A model generated the notes under the pieces. The model made no database searches and had not been told where the DNA came from. It saw only the letters and a program-made list of their open reading frames with translations. A DNA stretch of 64,000 nucleotides from Bacteroidales bacterium (GTDB taxonomy: Bacteria; Bacteroidota; Bacteroidia; Bacteroidales; TTA-H9): assembly GCA_049969475.1 (NCBI GenBank), contig JBMFOU010000019.1, positions 187-64,186 of the forward strand, written 5' to 3'. Each line of letters opens with the position of its first letter. Positions within the stretch are counted from its first letter, which is position 1. Of the stretch, positions 40,060 through 50,901 are shown piece after piece. The translations under genes and the position numbers were made by a program.

Positions 40060-40590
40060 ATGACTCAGCGAAAACTTTACTGGTTTTTACCTTTATTCTT
40101 GCTGGTTTTCTTTTCATGCAATACTTCTAAAAATATGACTGAAAAAACTGTAATACAAAACTTCGACATCAAGAGGTATCTCGGTACATGGTACGAAATT
40201 GCCCGATATGACCACCGCTTCGAAAAGGGGCTGGTAGGAGTTACAGCTACTTATTCCTTGAAAGAAGATGGCACCCTGAAAGTCGTAAACAGTGGTTATA
40301 AAAACAGCTTGAATGGCAAACGTTCTGAAGTAGTTGGAAAAGCCAAAATACCAGACCCGACAGTACCTGCGCGTCTAAAGGTTTCCTTCTTCTGGTTTTT
40401 CTACGGTGATTATTTTGTGCTGGAGCTGGATAACGAGTACCAGTGGGCAGCCGTAGGTAGCAAATCCGATAAATACCTCTGGATATTGAGCCGCATACCA
40501 CAGATGCAAGACTCTGTTTACGATAACCTATTGAAGCGGTTACAGAGAAGAGGGTATGATACTTCCCGACTTATCAAAGTACCCCAATAA
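40060..40590 (+). CDS. blc: Lipocalin lipoprotein (Blc family)
   Basis: Lipobox FFSC; FD..RYLGTWYEIAR.D..FE, LKVSFF, YLWILSR.P. Confidence 0.88.
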   Translation: MTQRKLYWFLPLFLLVFFSCNTSKNMTEKTVIQNFDIKRYLGTWYEIARYDHRFEKGLVGVTATYSLKEDGTLKVVNSGYKNSLNGKRSEVVGKAKIPDPTVPARLKVSFFWFFYGDYFVLELDNEYQWAAVGSKSDKYLWILSRIPQMQDSVYDNLLKRLQRRGYDTSRLIKVPQ

Positions 40591-40618
40591 TAACAGAACC
40601 CCCAAAACATTAAGAATT

Positions 40619-41032
40619 ATGAACATCAAAAACCTACTTTTAAGTTATTTGCTGACTTTCGTCGCTTTTCTGGCTATCGACATGCTATGGCTGGGTGTAA
40701 TTGCCAAAGGCCTCTATCAGAAATACCTGGGTGCATTTCTCACCGACAAAGTCATTTGGGCGGCAGCCTTGATATTTTATGCACTCTTTATCATTGGCAT
40801 TTTTATTTTCTCCATTTATCCGGCCATGCAAAAATCCTCGTTTACCCACGCCCTCCTTATGGGAGCGCTATTTGGATTTTTCACCTATGCCACTTACGAT
40901 CTTACCAATTTAGCCACCATGAAAGACTGGCCGCTGCCCATTGTTTTTATCGATATCCTCTGGGGCACCCTATTAACCGCGCTAGTGAGTACCATTGGCT
41001 TTTTCATAGCAAAATGGATCAACGGCTTATAA
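40619..41032 (+). CDS. DUF2177-family membrane protein
   Basis: ID.LWL, FY, GALFG...YATYDLTN.AT...WP.....DI.WG. Start MNIKN at 40619. Confidence 0.85.
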   Translation: MNIKNLLLSYLLTFVAFLAIDMLWLGVIAKGLYQKYLGAFLTDKVIWAAALIFYALFIIGIFIFSIYPAMQKSSFTHALLMGALFGFFTYATYDLTNLATMKDWPLPIVFIDILWGTLLTALVSTIGFFIAKWINGL

Positions 41033-42056
41033 AACCGCAACAGCAAAAGCATTGATAACAAACCTCCCCGGTAAGCACGCTCCTTATTGAACATTCATAA
41101 AATTGGCCTGAAAGCAATAATTGGCCAAAGGCAAATTTATTGGATGCAACCATTTAGAGTCTTAATTCAAAAAACTGGTAACAAAGCAACTAGTAAACAC
41201 GACTTATATTGTAATTACATTATGTTATTGAAATATTTTTTCCAGAATTCGTCGCGAATTTGGTTTAAATAATTGATAAACATAAGTATATAAAAAATGT
41301 AGGCACTAAACGATTTTCTTCCACTCTATTTATCAATGTGCTACTTAATTAAAAATGAAAACTTTGGGTTTTTAACCCTATGCCCTGAAATAACTCTTTG
41401 ATATATATTAGATAATACTGGTTTTTAGCTTCATTAGATACCAAAAAATCAACTAAATTATCCGTGCGCCTAATAGTGCCGAATTTTCGAACAAAAAGTT
41501 GCCATACATACTTTACATATCATTCTTTATCAACTATTTGTACTGACTATTTGGGAGACATATAAATAATAAATAATTCTAACAAACTTGAAGTAAAAGT
41601 AGATGTAAAACTCAAACCCATAAACTTTAAAAGAATCAGGTACAATAAAGACAGTTTTAAAATGAAAAACTAAAATTTGAATATCATGGATTTAAGGTTT
41701 CATTAAACCCAAACCTGGCAATAAATTGACTCAATCAGGACTTACCCGGTTTCTCAAGAATAATCCAAATGTAAAAACCATTAATGGCAAACCACTGAAA
41801 TTCAGTAAGAACGAGGTCGTAAATCTTAATTTATATGAATAAACCCAGGAGAAAATAAAATCAAATTAAAAATCAGGGCGATTTAACGAACAGCCCCATT
41901 GGCTTTAAGTAAACCAATAGGTCTACCAACAGTTATAAACCATCGCAAAAATTAATCACTTTATTAAGCATATATACTAAAAAGCTCCAGGGTATATATT
42001 GAATTCTTTAAGTGTAAAGAGAATCTTCTCTGTTATGGAATGACTTATTCTCCACA

Positions 42057-45000
42057 CTAGAATCTGGTTGCTAAAACCACTGAGGTTTTTACCACTTCCC
42101 GCTGTCCGTTGGTATCATAGTATTCACAAATTATCAGGTAGCGACCCAAAGGTGCGAGTGTTCGGTCATCGCGGGTGCCATCCCACGAAAGAGAAGTTTG
42201 TGTACCCACCGATAAGGCCCGGGCCAGCTTTCGTACCTGCCGACCCATGGCATCGTATATACTTACATTGGCCAACCAGCCCTCACCCGGAGCCACCAAG
42301 ACCAGGGTTACCAGGTCTTCTATTCCATCTCCATCAGGGGAAAATATGGGGGGTGCAACCGTAACCTTCCCGGAAGGTGAAGGGACTTCGGTATACTGGG
42401 AATTTTTCCCTGTTGGGGTACCAAATCCAGCCGATTCGGCTGCCGAGGTCCAATTGGTAGGGTCGGAGGTGGGACGCTGGGGGTTAATTCTTTCTAACGC
42501 CACTCCATCCAGGTTTTTAAGCACCGGCAGGTGCATAGCCTTACGATACTCGAGCCTGTCTATAATGGAAAGTTCATTTTCCCTCAGGGCTATGATTACC
42601 TTGCCGCCCGGGTCGGAGGCAAAGTCGGGCATTTGGGAAGTTTCAATGAGATGAGCAGGAGCTGGAACCGAATATTGACTTGCTACGGCATCGGGCAAAC
42701 GGGTGAGACAGTAATACTGTCCGGGGACCATCAGCCAGGCAGGCAGGAAAATAGTTTTCGGTTTAGATGTATCGGAAAGGCTTAGGTACGTGAGCGAGAA
42801 AGCCGAAAGGTCAAGAAGTTTGTCAGAAACATTAAGCAACTCAAGGTAATCAGCTCCGCCTGTGCGGGGATTGGTCAGTATTTCGTTGATAATAACTTCT
42901 CCTGGCCCCGGAACCCCGGGAAGCCCAAATGCCACATCTTCTGAATCGGCAAGCAGGTTGCCAGCACAGTCATACATTTCGCCCTGAGGACGAAGCAGAT
43001 AAGTTTTCCCCACTTCCATGGGGGAACTTAACGTAAGGATGAACACTTGATTCCGGTAATCGATAGGAGTAATTGAGATAAGAGTACCCGGACCATTCGG
43101 CAGCGACCAGTTCAAAAGCTCAACCACCGAAGTTTCATTCATGGGCTCAGAGAAATAAACGCTTACATGGATATCATCTGCAGGGTAAGCACGCAGGAGT
43201 TTGGGAGGTACAAGATCGGGGTTAGCGGCTCTCACGGAGTTATCGCGGCCGGGGGTTCCTCCCATGGCATCTACCGAAGGCTTCCAATTCCCTTGCTGGG
43301 TGCAGGCATTGGAATAGTCCACCATTTCGAGCGACCAACCTCCCTCTTTTTTGGGAGAGCTTCCATACCAAGCATCCGTGTAATCGACCCAGGAAATCAC
43401 CTGGCCTATGGGATTAATGAGAGCTACACTCTGGCCTGCATTAGTCAGCTGAAACGAACTAAACCCATAAAAAGCGCCATAGGCTCCCAGGGCCCCGGCG
43501 GCTGCATCCGGACCTACTATCAGATACGACTGGGGCTCCAGATAAGCCTGCTGAAAAACCCGGGTCGTAGTGCCAATCTGCAGGGCCCATCCCGAGAGGT
43601 CGATGGTGCCAGAGGTCTGGTTATAAAGTTCCACATATTCAAATTCGGGCAAACCCACCACAGGACTTGGATCGGCCATAATTTCTGTGATAAGAACGTC
43701 GAAGCGAGATGTGGGTGCCGGCACATTAAAATCACGAAAAGTATGGGCAGGTACCTCAACGCCCCGGCAGTTTTTCAGTCCCTCCTGTAAAACCAGCCGG
43801 TAAGAAACTCCTTGCTGGAATTCAGCCCCAAAATGCAACATGACAGTGGTAAAATCATCTCCAGCAATCCAGGCTGAGTCAGCAAAACCTATCGATGGAC
43901 TTACCTTATAAAGCTGAGGGTTGACCAACGAGAGGCTGTCCATGTTCTGGTTAAAAATCAGCTTAAGGGTTGAGTGGTCGATAACAATGAGAGCCTCAGG
44001 GAGAGGCAGGTTATTTAGGGTAGCGAGTACGGAATTGGGTCCGCCCGGGGTTCCTCCGCTGATGTTCTCCGAGGCCTTCCAGTTGGCTGCTCCCAAACAT
44101 ACCGCCATCGGATCTATCTGCTCAAGACTCCAGCCCCCATTGACCTTAGCCGGGTCGCGATACCATTTGTCTTTATAAACCACCCTCGAAATTAATCGGT
44201 TGTAATTATCCAGAATCTTCACATCCTGGCCCGTATTAGCCAGGCTTAGTGAAGTGATGGCCGCACAATTTCCATAGGCCGAAAGCTCAGGGATGGCCTC
44301 AGGCCGGCAAAGGATAAGAAAGCCACCGCCGGGGATCTCGCTGTCGGGGATGGTTTTCGAGGTACTCCCCGTTACGAGCTTCCAATTTTTAAGTTTTACA
44401 GGCCATTCCGTGGTATTAAACAGTTCTATATATTCCCAATTGGGGAGCCCTACCGGAGGATCGGGATCGACCATCAACTCATTGATCACAATATCAAATG
44501 GTTGGGCTTGATAAAGTGAGAAGTTTCGAACCCAGGGACCCGCCTTGTTGCCGGCCAGGTCTTTTACTGAATCGATGGTCAAGGTGTAAGTGAGGCTAGG
44601 CTGAAAAGTTGTGGGGAACACAAGATTGACCTCACCTGCTGTCTGAGAGGAAAATACAACGCGGGATGGATACAGACTTCCTGGTTCAAGCCTGTAATTC
44701 AAAACCGAACCTGCAGGCTGGGGTGCTAAAGCTTCAGAGAACTGCAAAGCCAAAGAGGTATCGCTTGTAACCTCCAGCGAGAGCAAATCAGGCGGGGTGA
44801 GATCTACCTGTATTTCACCGGCATAAAAGTCATCGAAATACATTTTGGTGGCATTGCTCGATGTGTATTTACAATACACGCCAAAATATTGCGAAGAATT
44901 CAATTGAAGGTCAGTACCCGTTGCCTGGAGCTGGAAGTTAGAGCCACCGGAGGGGTCGGCCCAAATTTCCCAGGTGCCATCATTCTTATGAATAATTTTC

Positions 45001-45476
45001 ACCCGAAGGGTAAAAGAAGAAGCCAGCAGTCCATCGGTTCCCCGGCAAATACTCACGGTTTGCGTCCCATTCTGACGGAAAAGTTCCAGGGCATCGTTCG
45101 AACCTGCTTCACCCATTTGAAGAAAGTAACCATTGAGTGGCCCGCTCAGGTCTGGCTGATCAGAAGCAAGATAAACCCGGGCAAAATTATTTGATGAAGG
45201 AGCAAAGGAAAGTTTAACCCAAAACCTCCATTCGGCTGGAACCACCAGGGCCGATGAAGTAGTAAGCCAGGCAGCTCCTTCGCCACTGCCATTCAACTGC
45301 AACTGCTTTGAAGAATTGATTTTAAACAAGGAGTTTGTTCCATTCCAGGTGGGATTTTGAGAAAAATCGCCATCATCGAAACCATCGGTAAATTGTGCCC
45401 GGGCTGACATCAGGCTGAGAAAAACACCCAACACAGCCATGAAAACCGGATTCTTGAGTGCACGACTCATGCGCAA
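42057..45476 (-). CDS. Secreted protein with three lamin-tail (LTD) domains, Ig-like domains and a type-B (gliding-motility/CHU_C) T9SS C-terminal domain
   Basis: Three (I/V)INE.M.DP...EY.EL.N and GW.LE...GGTPG..NS modules; C-terminal FSPDGDG..D...IYD..GR...WDG. Confidence 0.8.
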   Translation of the reverse strand: MRMSRALKNPVFMAVLGVFLSLMSARAQFTDGFDDGDFSQNPTWNGTNSLFKINSSKQLQLNGSGEGAAWLTTSSALVVPAEWRFWVKLSFAPSSNNFARVYLASDQPDLSGPLNGYFLQMGEAGSNDALELFRQNGTQTVSICRGTDGLLASSFTLRVKIIHKNDGTWEIWADPSGGSNFQLQATGTDLQLNSSQYFGVYCKYTSSNATKMYFDDFYAGEIQVDLTPPDLLSLEVTSDTSLALQFSEALAPQPAGSVLNYRLEPGSLYPSRVVFSSQTAGEVNLVFPTTFQPSLTYTLTIDSVKDLAGNKAGPWVRNFSLYQAQPFDIVINELMVDPDPPVGLPNWEYIELFNTTEWPVKLKNWKLVTGSTSKTIPDSEIPGGGFLILCRPEAIPELSAYGNCAAITSLSLANTGQDVKILDNYNRLISRVVYKDKWYRDPAKVNGGWSLEQIDPMAVCLGAANWKASENISGGTPGGPNSVLATLNNLPLPEALIVIDHSTLKLIFNQNMDSLSLVNPQLYKVSPSIGFADSAWIAGDDFTTVMLHFGAEFQQGVSYRLVLQEGLKNCRGVEVPAHTFRDFNVPAPTSRFDVLITEIMADPSPVVGLPEFEYVELYNQTSGTIDLSGWALQIGTTTRVFQQAYLEPQSYLIVGPDAAAGALGAYGAFYGFSSFQLTNAGQSVALINPIGQVISWVDYTDAWYGSSPKKEGGWSLEMVDYSNACTQQGNWKPSVDAMGGTPGRDNSVRAANPDLVPPKLLRAYPADDIHVSVYFSEPMNETSVVELLNWSLPNGPGTLISITPIDYRNQVFILTLSSPMEVGKTYLLRPQGEMYDCAGNLLADSEDVAFGLPGVPGPGEVIINEILTNPRTGGADYLELLNVSDKLLDLSAFSLTYLSLSDTSKPKTIFLPAWLMVPGQYYCLTRLPDAVASQYSVPAPAHLIETSQMPDFASDPGGKVIIALRENELSIIDRLEYRKAMHLPVLKNLDGVALERINPQRPTSDPTNWTSAAESAGFGTPTGKNSQYTEVPSPSGKVTVAPPIFSPDGDGIEDLVTLVLVAPGEGWLANVSIYDAMGRQVRKLARALSVGTQTSLSWDGTRDDRTLAPLGRYLIICEYYDTNGQREVVKTSVVLATRF

Positions 45477-45556
45477 GGATTTAAGGCATTGAAAGTGTAA
45501 ATATAGTATTTTTGCCGGCCTGTGTATTCAGGCAGTTAAAACAGAATTTCAAACCC

Positions 45557-46555
45557 ATGCCCAAAATTGCCGTAGTAGGAGCTACAGGCCTGGTAGGCCG
45601 TAAAATGATAGAAAAAGTTACCTCTTCTGAAATATTTAGGAACTGGGAGTTGCTGGCAGTAGCTTCCGAGAGATCAGCTGGTAATGAAATACTCATTGCT
45701 GGGAATAAGCAGAAAGTATTGACAGCCCGGGAAGCTTTGGGTCAAGAACCGGAACTTGCTTTGTTTTCGGCAGGTGCAGAAGCTTCGGGAGAGCTTGCCC
45801 CTCAGTTTGCCCAGTACGGATTTGTGGTTGACAACAGCTCATTTTGGCGTATGGACCCTCAGGTGCCGCTGGTGGTGCCTGAAATCAATTCACATACTAT
45901 CAGTCCCTCCACACGCATTATTGCCAATCCCAACTGCTCCACCATACAAATGGTACTCGCACTATCGCGTCTGCACACCAGATATGGCATACGGCGCATT
46001 GTTGTGGCCACTTATCAATCAGTAACAGGCTCAGGGCAAAAGGGGATAGCGCAGTTGGAAGCAGAAGAGCAACAACTTAGCGCAGAAAATCCGGCCTATC
46101 CCCACCCTATCCATCGCAACCTGATTCCTCACGGAGGTAGCTTTCTTGAGAATGGCTACACCACGGAAGAGATTAAACTGGTAAATGAAACCAGGAAAAT
46201 CCTGGGTGACTCATCCATCAATGTTACTGCCATGGTGGTGCGAGTTCCTGTTAGGGGCGGGCACAGCGAAGCGGTAAACGTTGAATTCAGGGAAGAGTTT
46301 AATTTGGAAGAAGTGAGACAGATACTCACAGCTACTCCGGGCGTAAAGGTGCTGGATAATCCCTCGGAGAATATATATCCTATGCCTCTGTATGCCGAAG
46401 GAAATGATGAAGTATTTGTGGGCCGTATTCGCAGGGATGAATCGCAGCCTCGTACGCTTAACATGTGGATTGTGTCGGACAACCTGTTGAAAGGAGCTGC
46501 CACCAATGCAGTGCAAATTGCTGAATTTTTGGTAAAAAAAGGTTTTATAGCTTGA
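45557..46555 (+). CDS. asd: Aspartate-semialdehyde dehydrogenase
   Basis: VVGATGLVG, DNSS, NPNCST, GHSE, DNLLKGAA.NAVQ. The TATTTTTG box at 45507-45514 supports ATG 45557. Confidence 0.96.
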   Translation: MPKIAVVGATGLVGRKMIEKVTSSEIFRNWELLAVASERSAGNEILIAGNKQKVLTAREALGQEPELALFSAGAEASGELAPQFAQYGFVVDNSSFWRMDPQVPLVVPEINSHTISPSTRIIANPNCSTIQMVLALSRLHTRYGIRRIVVATYQSVTGSGQKGIAQLEAEEQQLSAENPAYPHPIHRNLIPHGGSFLENGYTTEEIKLVNETRKILGDSSINVTAMVVRVPVRGGHSEAVNVEFREEFNLEEVRQILTATPGVKVLDNPSENIYPMPLYAEGNDEVFVGRIRRDESQPRTLNMWIVSDNLLKGAATNAVQIAEFLVKKGFIA

Positions 46556-46559
46556 CGCC

Positions 46560-47522
46560 GTGAAAATCCACAGGGAGCTTGAACACTTGCCGGAATTCAA
46601 AAATCCGGTGGTAACCGTAGGAACTTTCGATGGAGTTCACCGGGGACACCGGAAGATCCTGGAACGCATGCGCGAAATTGGCGCACAAAACGGAGGCGAG
46701 ACCCTTGTGGTTACCTTCGAACCTCATCCCCGAATGGTACTTGCTCCCTACGGAACCCCTGTAAGACTCATCAACATTCCCCGACGTAAATACCAGATAT
46801 TTGAATCGTTAGGCATCGACCATGTAGTGGTAATCCATTTCACACCTGAATTTGCTCGCACACCCTGGGAAGCGTTTATCCGCAACTTTCTGGTAGGCCG
46901 CCTTGGGGTGAAATGCCTGGTTGTTGGTTACGATCACCGCTTTGGGCAAGGCCGGGAGGGAGATCATGAAAAACTCCTGGCAATGGCCAAAGAGACGGGT
47001 TTCTGCGTAGAAGAAATTCCGCCTTTTTATCTCGATGGCCACGAAGTTAGTTCCACACGCATACGCAATGCCCTGCATGCAGGCAACATACGCCTGGCCA
47101 ACTTTCTGCTGGGCTATGAATATTCTATAACCGGTACTGTAGTGCATGGAAACAGGTTGGGACATCAGCTGGGCTTTCCCACTGCCAACATTGACACCGA
47201 CGACAAATACAAACTTATTGCTGCTCAAGGAGTTTACGTGGCCCGGGCTGAATATCAGGGAATCGTGTACGGCGGAATGTGTAACATTGGAAATCGTCCC
47301 ACAGTGGAAGCGGGAAGCTTTGCAGTAGAAGTACACATCTTTGATTTTGACCGGGACATTTACGGTGAAACCCTTACTATTTACTTTGTGGACCGGCTAC
47401 GCAACGAAACCCGCTTCGAATCGCTCGATGCCCTGAGGGCTCAACTGGAATTAGACCGAAAAATGGCACTTGAAATCCTTGAGCGAATTCCCGATGGAAA
47501 CGCCTGGCTTAATCAGCGGTAA
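46560..47522 (+). CDS. ribF: Bifunctional riboflavin kinase/FAD synthetase
   Basis: GTFDGVHRGH, GYDHRFG, VSSTRIR, GFPTAN, EVHIFDF. Confidence 0.96.
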   Translation: MKIHRELEHLPEFKNPVVTVGTFDGVHRGHRKILERMREIGAQNGGETLVVTFEPHPRMVLAPYGTPVRLINIPRRKYQIFESLGIDHVVVIHFTPEFARTPWEAFIRNFLVGRLGVKCLVVGYDHRFGQGREGDHEKLLAMAKETGFCVEEIPPFYLDGHEVSSTRIRNALHAGNIRLANFLLGYEYSITGTVVHGNRLGHQLGFPTANIDTDDKYKLIAAQGVYVARAEYQGIVYGGMCNIGNRPTVEAGSFAVEVHIFDFDRDIYGETLTIYFVDRLRNETRFESLDALRAQLELDRKMALEILERIPDGNAWLNQR

Positions 47523-48061
47523 GAGTTATATCGACGGAATTCATCCATCGGTTTGCGCTTCTTTTCTTTTACAGCCTCGTCTTCAACCGGGTATCCTACT
47601 GCAATAAGAAGCCCTATGTTTTTGGAAGAAGGAATCTTGAGTAAATCCTTTATAGGAGCCTCATTAAACCAGCCCAACATACATGTGCCCAGGCCTTCTT
47701 CCTGGGCCTGCAAACAAAAATGTTCGGCTGCAATGCCAATGTCGATGAGTGGCCATTCTTTCTTCTTGATGAGTTCCCCCACTTGAGTAATCAGCTTGGG
47801 CTTTTCCATCACAATCACCACCACGGCACCAGCCTTAAGCACGAATTTATTGAAGGATACCAGCCGGCTATAGGTTTCATGAGCAATTTTATCTTTCAGT
47901 GCCTGATCATCCACCACAATGAAAGTCCAGGGTTGGCTGTTGCTGGCCGAAGGAGCCAAACGGGCAGCCTCGAGGCAGCGTTCCAGTTTTTCCCGTTCCA
48001 CTGGACGGCCGTCGTATTGCCGGGTACTATGTCTTAATCTGACAAGGTCAAGAAAACTCAT
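47513..48061 (-). CDS. Nitroreductase family protein
   Basis: RHSTRQY, APSASNSQPW, GLGTCMLG, AVGYP. Confidence 0.92.
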   Translation of the reverse strand: MSFLDLVRLRHSTRQYDGRPVEREKLERCLEAARLAPSASNSQPWTFIVVDDQALKDKIAHETYSRLVSFNKFVLKAGAVVVIVMEKPKLITQVGELIKKKEWPLIDIGIAAEHFCLQAQEEGLGTCMLGWFNEAPIKDLLKIPSSKNIGLLIAVGYPVEDEAVKEKKRKPMDEFRRYNSYR

Positions 48062-48312
48062 GACTTTTGGTTTTTTTAGTGCTTACGAAATTACAACAAA
48101 ACTCCATAGAACATGAGATGGTAATCCACCCTGGCACGGGCATTCAAAAAATCCCAATAAATACCATCAATGCAAATCCTTTTATTTCATAAACTTATGA
48201 AACATTATAGGCCTGTCTGAGCGAGTGTTTGGAACAACCCCTCAAGGGAAGCCTCTCCCAATAATTTCTTTAATTTTGCGGTTTACATTTCTGAAAAAAC
48301 ACGCTGTGACTC

Positions 48313-49758
48313 ATGATCACCCTGCATAAATCCCTTTTACGTGAAGATTTTAATACTACCACTCTTTTTGTGGTTCGCAGTCTGCAAAGCCTGCCAGAAG
48401 GATGGCTAAGCCAGGAAGAGCTTGAATATGTACATCGAATAAGCCAGGACCAGGAACAAATCCAGGCTATCTTACCCCGGGGGACCTACAGCTGGGTCAT
48501 TACCCTACCTAAAACGGATGAAGATGAAAGCGTTCGTGCCGAATTTCAGCGTAGGGCCGGAGCCGCCTCAAGGAAAATTTTTGTTAAGGAGAAAACCCGG
48601 GCGATAAAAATCGTTTCTTTTGACCTGCCAGCCAAAGACCTGTATCACTTCACCGAAGGATTTGTGTTGGACAACTACACCTTTAGCAAATATATTACCG
48701 ACCCGGCCAAGATTCCCCATACAATTCAAGAAATACAGTTGCATTCAGAGGATTTGGGCGAGGCCGATGTGGACCGTTTGCGGATACTATCAGAGGCTGT
48801 ATTTTTCTGCCGCGACCTGGTCAATGAACCGGCTTCGGCGCTTAATGCAGAGGTACTGGCCCAGGTGCTTTTCGAAGAAGCCTCGAAAGTGGGCGTCAAG
48901 GCCGAGGTATTCAATATCAAAAAAATAGAAGCCTTAAAGATGGGAGGCCTGCTTTCGGTGAATAAGGGAAGTAGCATACCGCCCACTTTTACGGTGCTGG
49001 AATGGAAGCCTCAACAGCCTGTGAACGATAAGCCATTGGTGCTCATCGGCAAAGGGGTAACCTTCGATACCGGAGGGATGAATCTGAAAACGGGCACATT
49101 TATGGACGGTATGAAGATGGATATGGCCGGAGCTGCGACGGTATCGGCCGCCTTGCTCTCCATCGCCCGTATGGGGCTGCCTTTGCATGTGATAGCCCTG
49201 ATACCGGCCACCGACAACCGGATTAACTCCGATGCCATGGTACCTGGCGATGTAATAACCATACACAACGGGAAAACCGTAGAAGTACTCAATACCGATG
49301 CCGAAGGAAGACTGATACTGGCCGATGCCTTAAGCTATGCCGCAAGGCTCGACCCCGTGCTGGTAATCACCGTAGCCACCCTCACAGGTGCCGCTGCCCG
49401 GGCCGTTGGTCCTTTCGGAATGGTAATGATGCAGGTAAAAGCCGCCACCTGGACCGAAAAACTTAAAAAAAGCGGACAGGCTACCTACGAACGCATGGTG
49501 GAATTCCCCATGTGGGATGAGTATGCCGGCCTCTTGAAATCGAATATTGCCGATATTAAGAACGTTGGGCCAGCTGAGGCAGGCGCTATCACAGCCGCCA
49601 AATTCCTGGAATTCTTTACCTCCTACCCCTTTATCCACCTCGACATTGCCGGGACGTCGTTTGCCGAGAAACCCGAACATTATATCACTCAGGGAGCCAC
49701 GGGTACCGGCGTCAGACTGCTGGTGCATTTTGCTGAGAGCCTCATTGATTTGGCCTGA
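48313..49758 (+). CDS. pepA: M17 leucyl aminopeptidase
   Basis: IGKGVTFDTGG..LK, MKMDMAG, NTDAEGRL. TAATTTTG box at 48271-48278. Confidence 0.92.
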   Translation: MITLHKSLLREDFNTTTLFVVRSLQSLPEGWLSQEELEYVHRISQDQEQIQAILPRGTYSWVITLPKTDEDESVRAEFQRRAGAASRKIFVKEKTRAIKIVSFDLPAKDLYHFTEGFVLDNYTFSKYITDPAKIPHTIQEIQLHSEDLGEADVDRLRILSEAVFFCRDLVNEPASALNAEVLAQVLFEEASKVGVKAEVFNIKKIEALKMGGLLSVNKGSSIPPTFTVLEWKPQQPVNDKPLVLIGKGVTFDTGGMNLKTGTFMDGMKMDMAGAATVSAALLSIARMGLPLHVIALIPATDNRINSDAMVPGDVITIHNGKTVEVLNTDAEGRLILADALSYAARLDPVLVITVATLTGAAARAVGPFGMVMMQVKAATWTEKLKKSGQATYERMVEFPMWDEYAGLLKSNIADIKNVGPAEAGAITAAKFLEFFTSYPFIHLDIAGTSFAEKPEHYITQGATGTGVRLLVHFAESLIDLA

Positions 49759-49784
49759 AACCTTACGAAAAAAACTACTGAACC

Positions 49785-50894
49785 ATGTATAATCACCTTT
49801 TCTTTTCCAAACCCAGAGAAGTAATTGCTGAGGGAGAAATTCGCGTGGGAATTACCCATGGTGATATCAATGGCATTGGTTACGAAGTAATTATGAAAAC
49901 CCTCGCAGAAGAAGGCATCTTCAATCACTTTGTACCCATTCTTTACGGAACTTCCAAAATCACCTCCTATCATCGTAAAACCATTAATATTCCCGATTTA
50001 CCTTTCAATCATATTCGTAAAGCGTCACAAGCTCAAAAACATAAGCTAAACATTGTGAACATTACGGACAAAGAAGTAAAGGTAAACCTGGGACAGTCCA
50101 CCACCGAGGCAGGCGAACTGGCAGCGCTTGCTTTGCAAATGGCTTGCCGCGACCTTGAGGAAGGGCACATTGATGTATTGGTAACTGCCCCTATCAACAA
50201 ACACAACATTCAATCCGAACAGTTTCAATTTCCCGGGCATACGGAGTATCTTGCCCATCGCTTTGGTGCATGTTGTCCTTTAATGCTCATGATAGCCGAC
50301 AATCTCCGCATCGGTACCATTACGGGACATTTGCCTTTGCGCAAAGTGGCCGATACTATAACCGAAGAATTAATTATCAACAAAATAAAAATCACTGAAC
50401 AGTCGCTCATTCAGGATTTTGGCATTACCAAGCCCCGAATAGCAGTGCTTAGCCTCAATCCGCATGCTGGAGATCAAGGATTATTAGGCGATGAAGATGA
50501 AAAAATAGTAGCTCCCGCACTGAAGAAAGCACTGGAAGAAGGTTACCTGGTTTTCGGGCCTTATCCGGCCGATGGCTTCTTTGGTTCAGGCGAGTTTCGG
50601 AAGTTTGATGCTATTCTGGCCATGTACCATGACCAGGGCTTAACTCCTTTCAAGTTATTGGCTGAAGGACGAGGAGTAAACTTTACTGCAGGACTGCCTG
50701 TGGTCAGAACCTCGCCAGCCCACGGCACGGCTTACGAAATTGCCGGCAAAGACCAAGCCTCCAGCCTGTCGATGCGCGAAGCCATTTTTTGGGCCATCGA
50801 TATTTACGCAAACCGCTTACGATATGCCGATATGACGGCCAACCCTCTGCGCAGGAGCAAGGAGGGAGAAGCAGCTACTCAGCTGGAAGATTGA
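49785..50894 (+). CDS. pdxA: 4-hydroxythreonine-4-phosphate dehydrogenase
   Basis: GD.NGIG.E, TAPINK, GHTEYL, NPHAG, MYHDQG, RTSPAHGTA. Confidence 0.94.
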   Translation: MYNHLFFSKPREVIAEGEIRVGITHGDINGIGYEVIMKTLAEEGIFNHFVPILYGTSKITSYHRKTINIPDLPFNHIRKASQAQKHKLNIVNITDKEVKVNLGQSTTEAGELAALALQMACRDLEEGHIDVLVTAPINKHNIQSEQFQFPGHTEYLAHRFGACCPLMLMIADNLRIGTITGHLPLRKVADTITEELIINKIKITEQSLIQDFGITKPRIAVLSLNPHAGDQGLLGDEDEKIVAPALKKALEEGYLVFGPYPADGFFGSGEFRKFDAILAMYHDQGLTPFKLLAEGRGVNFTAGLPVVRTSPAHGTAYEIAGKDQASSLSMREAIFWAIDIYANRLRYADMTANPLRRSKEGEAATQLED

Positions 50895-50901
50895 CCCTGG
50901 A

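Noticed and set aside
41087-41272. 61-aa ORF with TTG start
   Set aside because: Short, AT-rich and without motifs; not supportable as a gene.
41033-42056. AT-rich gap as a possible oriC
   Set aside because: Only one imperfect DnaA-box-like 9-mer (TTCTCCACA near 42048) was noticed; no box cluster.
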